The notes under the pieces are model-generated. The model was given only the letters and a program-made list of their open reading frames with translations, made no database searches and was not told the DNA's origin. A stretch of DNA of 64,000 nt from Marsupella aquatica (lineage: Eukaryota > Plantae > Marchantiophyta): positions 2,496,457 through 2,560,456 of the forward strand of contig OZ316894.1 of assembly GCA_973895155.1 (NCBI GenBank), read 5' to 3'. The translations under genes were made by a program, and so were the position numbers. The number at the start of each line of letters is the position of its first letter. Within the stretch, counting starts at the first letter, position 1. Of this stretch, positions 63,564 to 64,000 are shown piece by piece.

Positions 63564-64000
63564 CCCCCCCAGACCACAGCCAAAAGGAGGGCTGAAGAAA
63601 ATTCAGGTAGCACGTGGAGCACAAGAAGGGCAAAACCATAACCCTTCTGGCACCTGGATAAGTTCAGGCCGAAGGCAGAAAAGATGGTACCCTCCATTGC
63701 AATTGTCACACAGCAGCATCTGGTCAGCATCATCAATTCGCAACCACACCTTGCAAGGGTAGTCCACAGGTGGAATCCAAGTAGAAGTCACAATGGTGGG
63801 ATCTAGGTTAGGCAGATGACAAGGGGCGCAATTCTTGGCATTGTCAGCAATTGTGCGCCCATCTGCCCCTTGTAACTCTAGTACTCTAGATGGTCGAATA
63901 GCTTTAACCCTGAGAATAGTACGACTGGTAGAGGTGTCCAGGGTGTCGTTAGCTTGCCGCTGCAAGTACACAAAATCTCCCACATCAAACTTCCTGACCT
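62851..64000 (-). mobile_element. 3' end of a Ty3/Gypsy-type retrotransposon whose pol ends in a PHD finger (continues beyond window)
   Basis: ORF to 63603: FDVGDFVYL...ILRVKAI integrase C-terminal SH3/GPY-F-like module, then [38 protein letters not shown] (C4HC3 PHD with Cys2 changed to Trp), followed by the PPT-like run and terminal repeats. Confidence 0.8.

Overview
Eukaryotic nuclear DNA from a non-angiosperm land plant, most likely a bryophyte. This is inferred from GT-AG introns, a plastid-targeted MurC, a germin-like protein lacking the N-terminal Cys pair and a PHD-bearing Ty3/Gypsy element. Six intact host genes could be spliced or read by hand: murC (14 exons, +), a 3-ketodihydrosphingosine reductase/TSC10 (3 exons, +), ORANGE/OR (8 exons, +), an intronless ABHD17-type hydrolase (-), a 2OG-Fe(II) oxygenase-like gene (2 exons, -) and an intronless germin-like protein (-). 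A seventh, orphan minus-strand gene (about 25.0-28.1 kb) has a TE-like coiled-coil first exon broken by two 1-nt frameshifts, followed by clean phase-0 exons. Intergenic DNA is rich in TE debris and local tandem duplications. The most notable observations are a Gypsy-type integrase tail ending in a PHD finger and followed by an A-B-A terminal repeat, a loxP-like perfect palindrome, and a genomic copy of murC exon 6 plus intron 6 just downstream of murC. All coordinates come from reading by eye; no searches were run.
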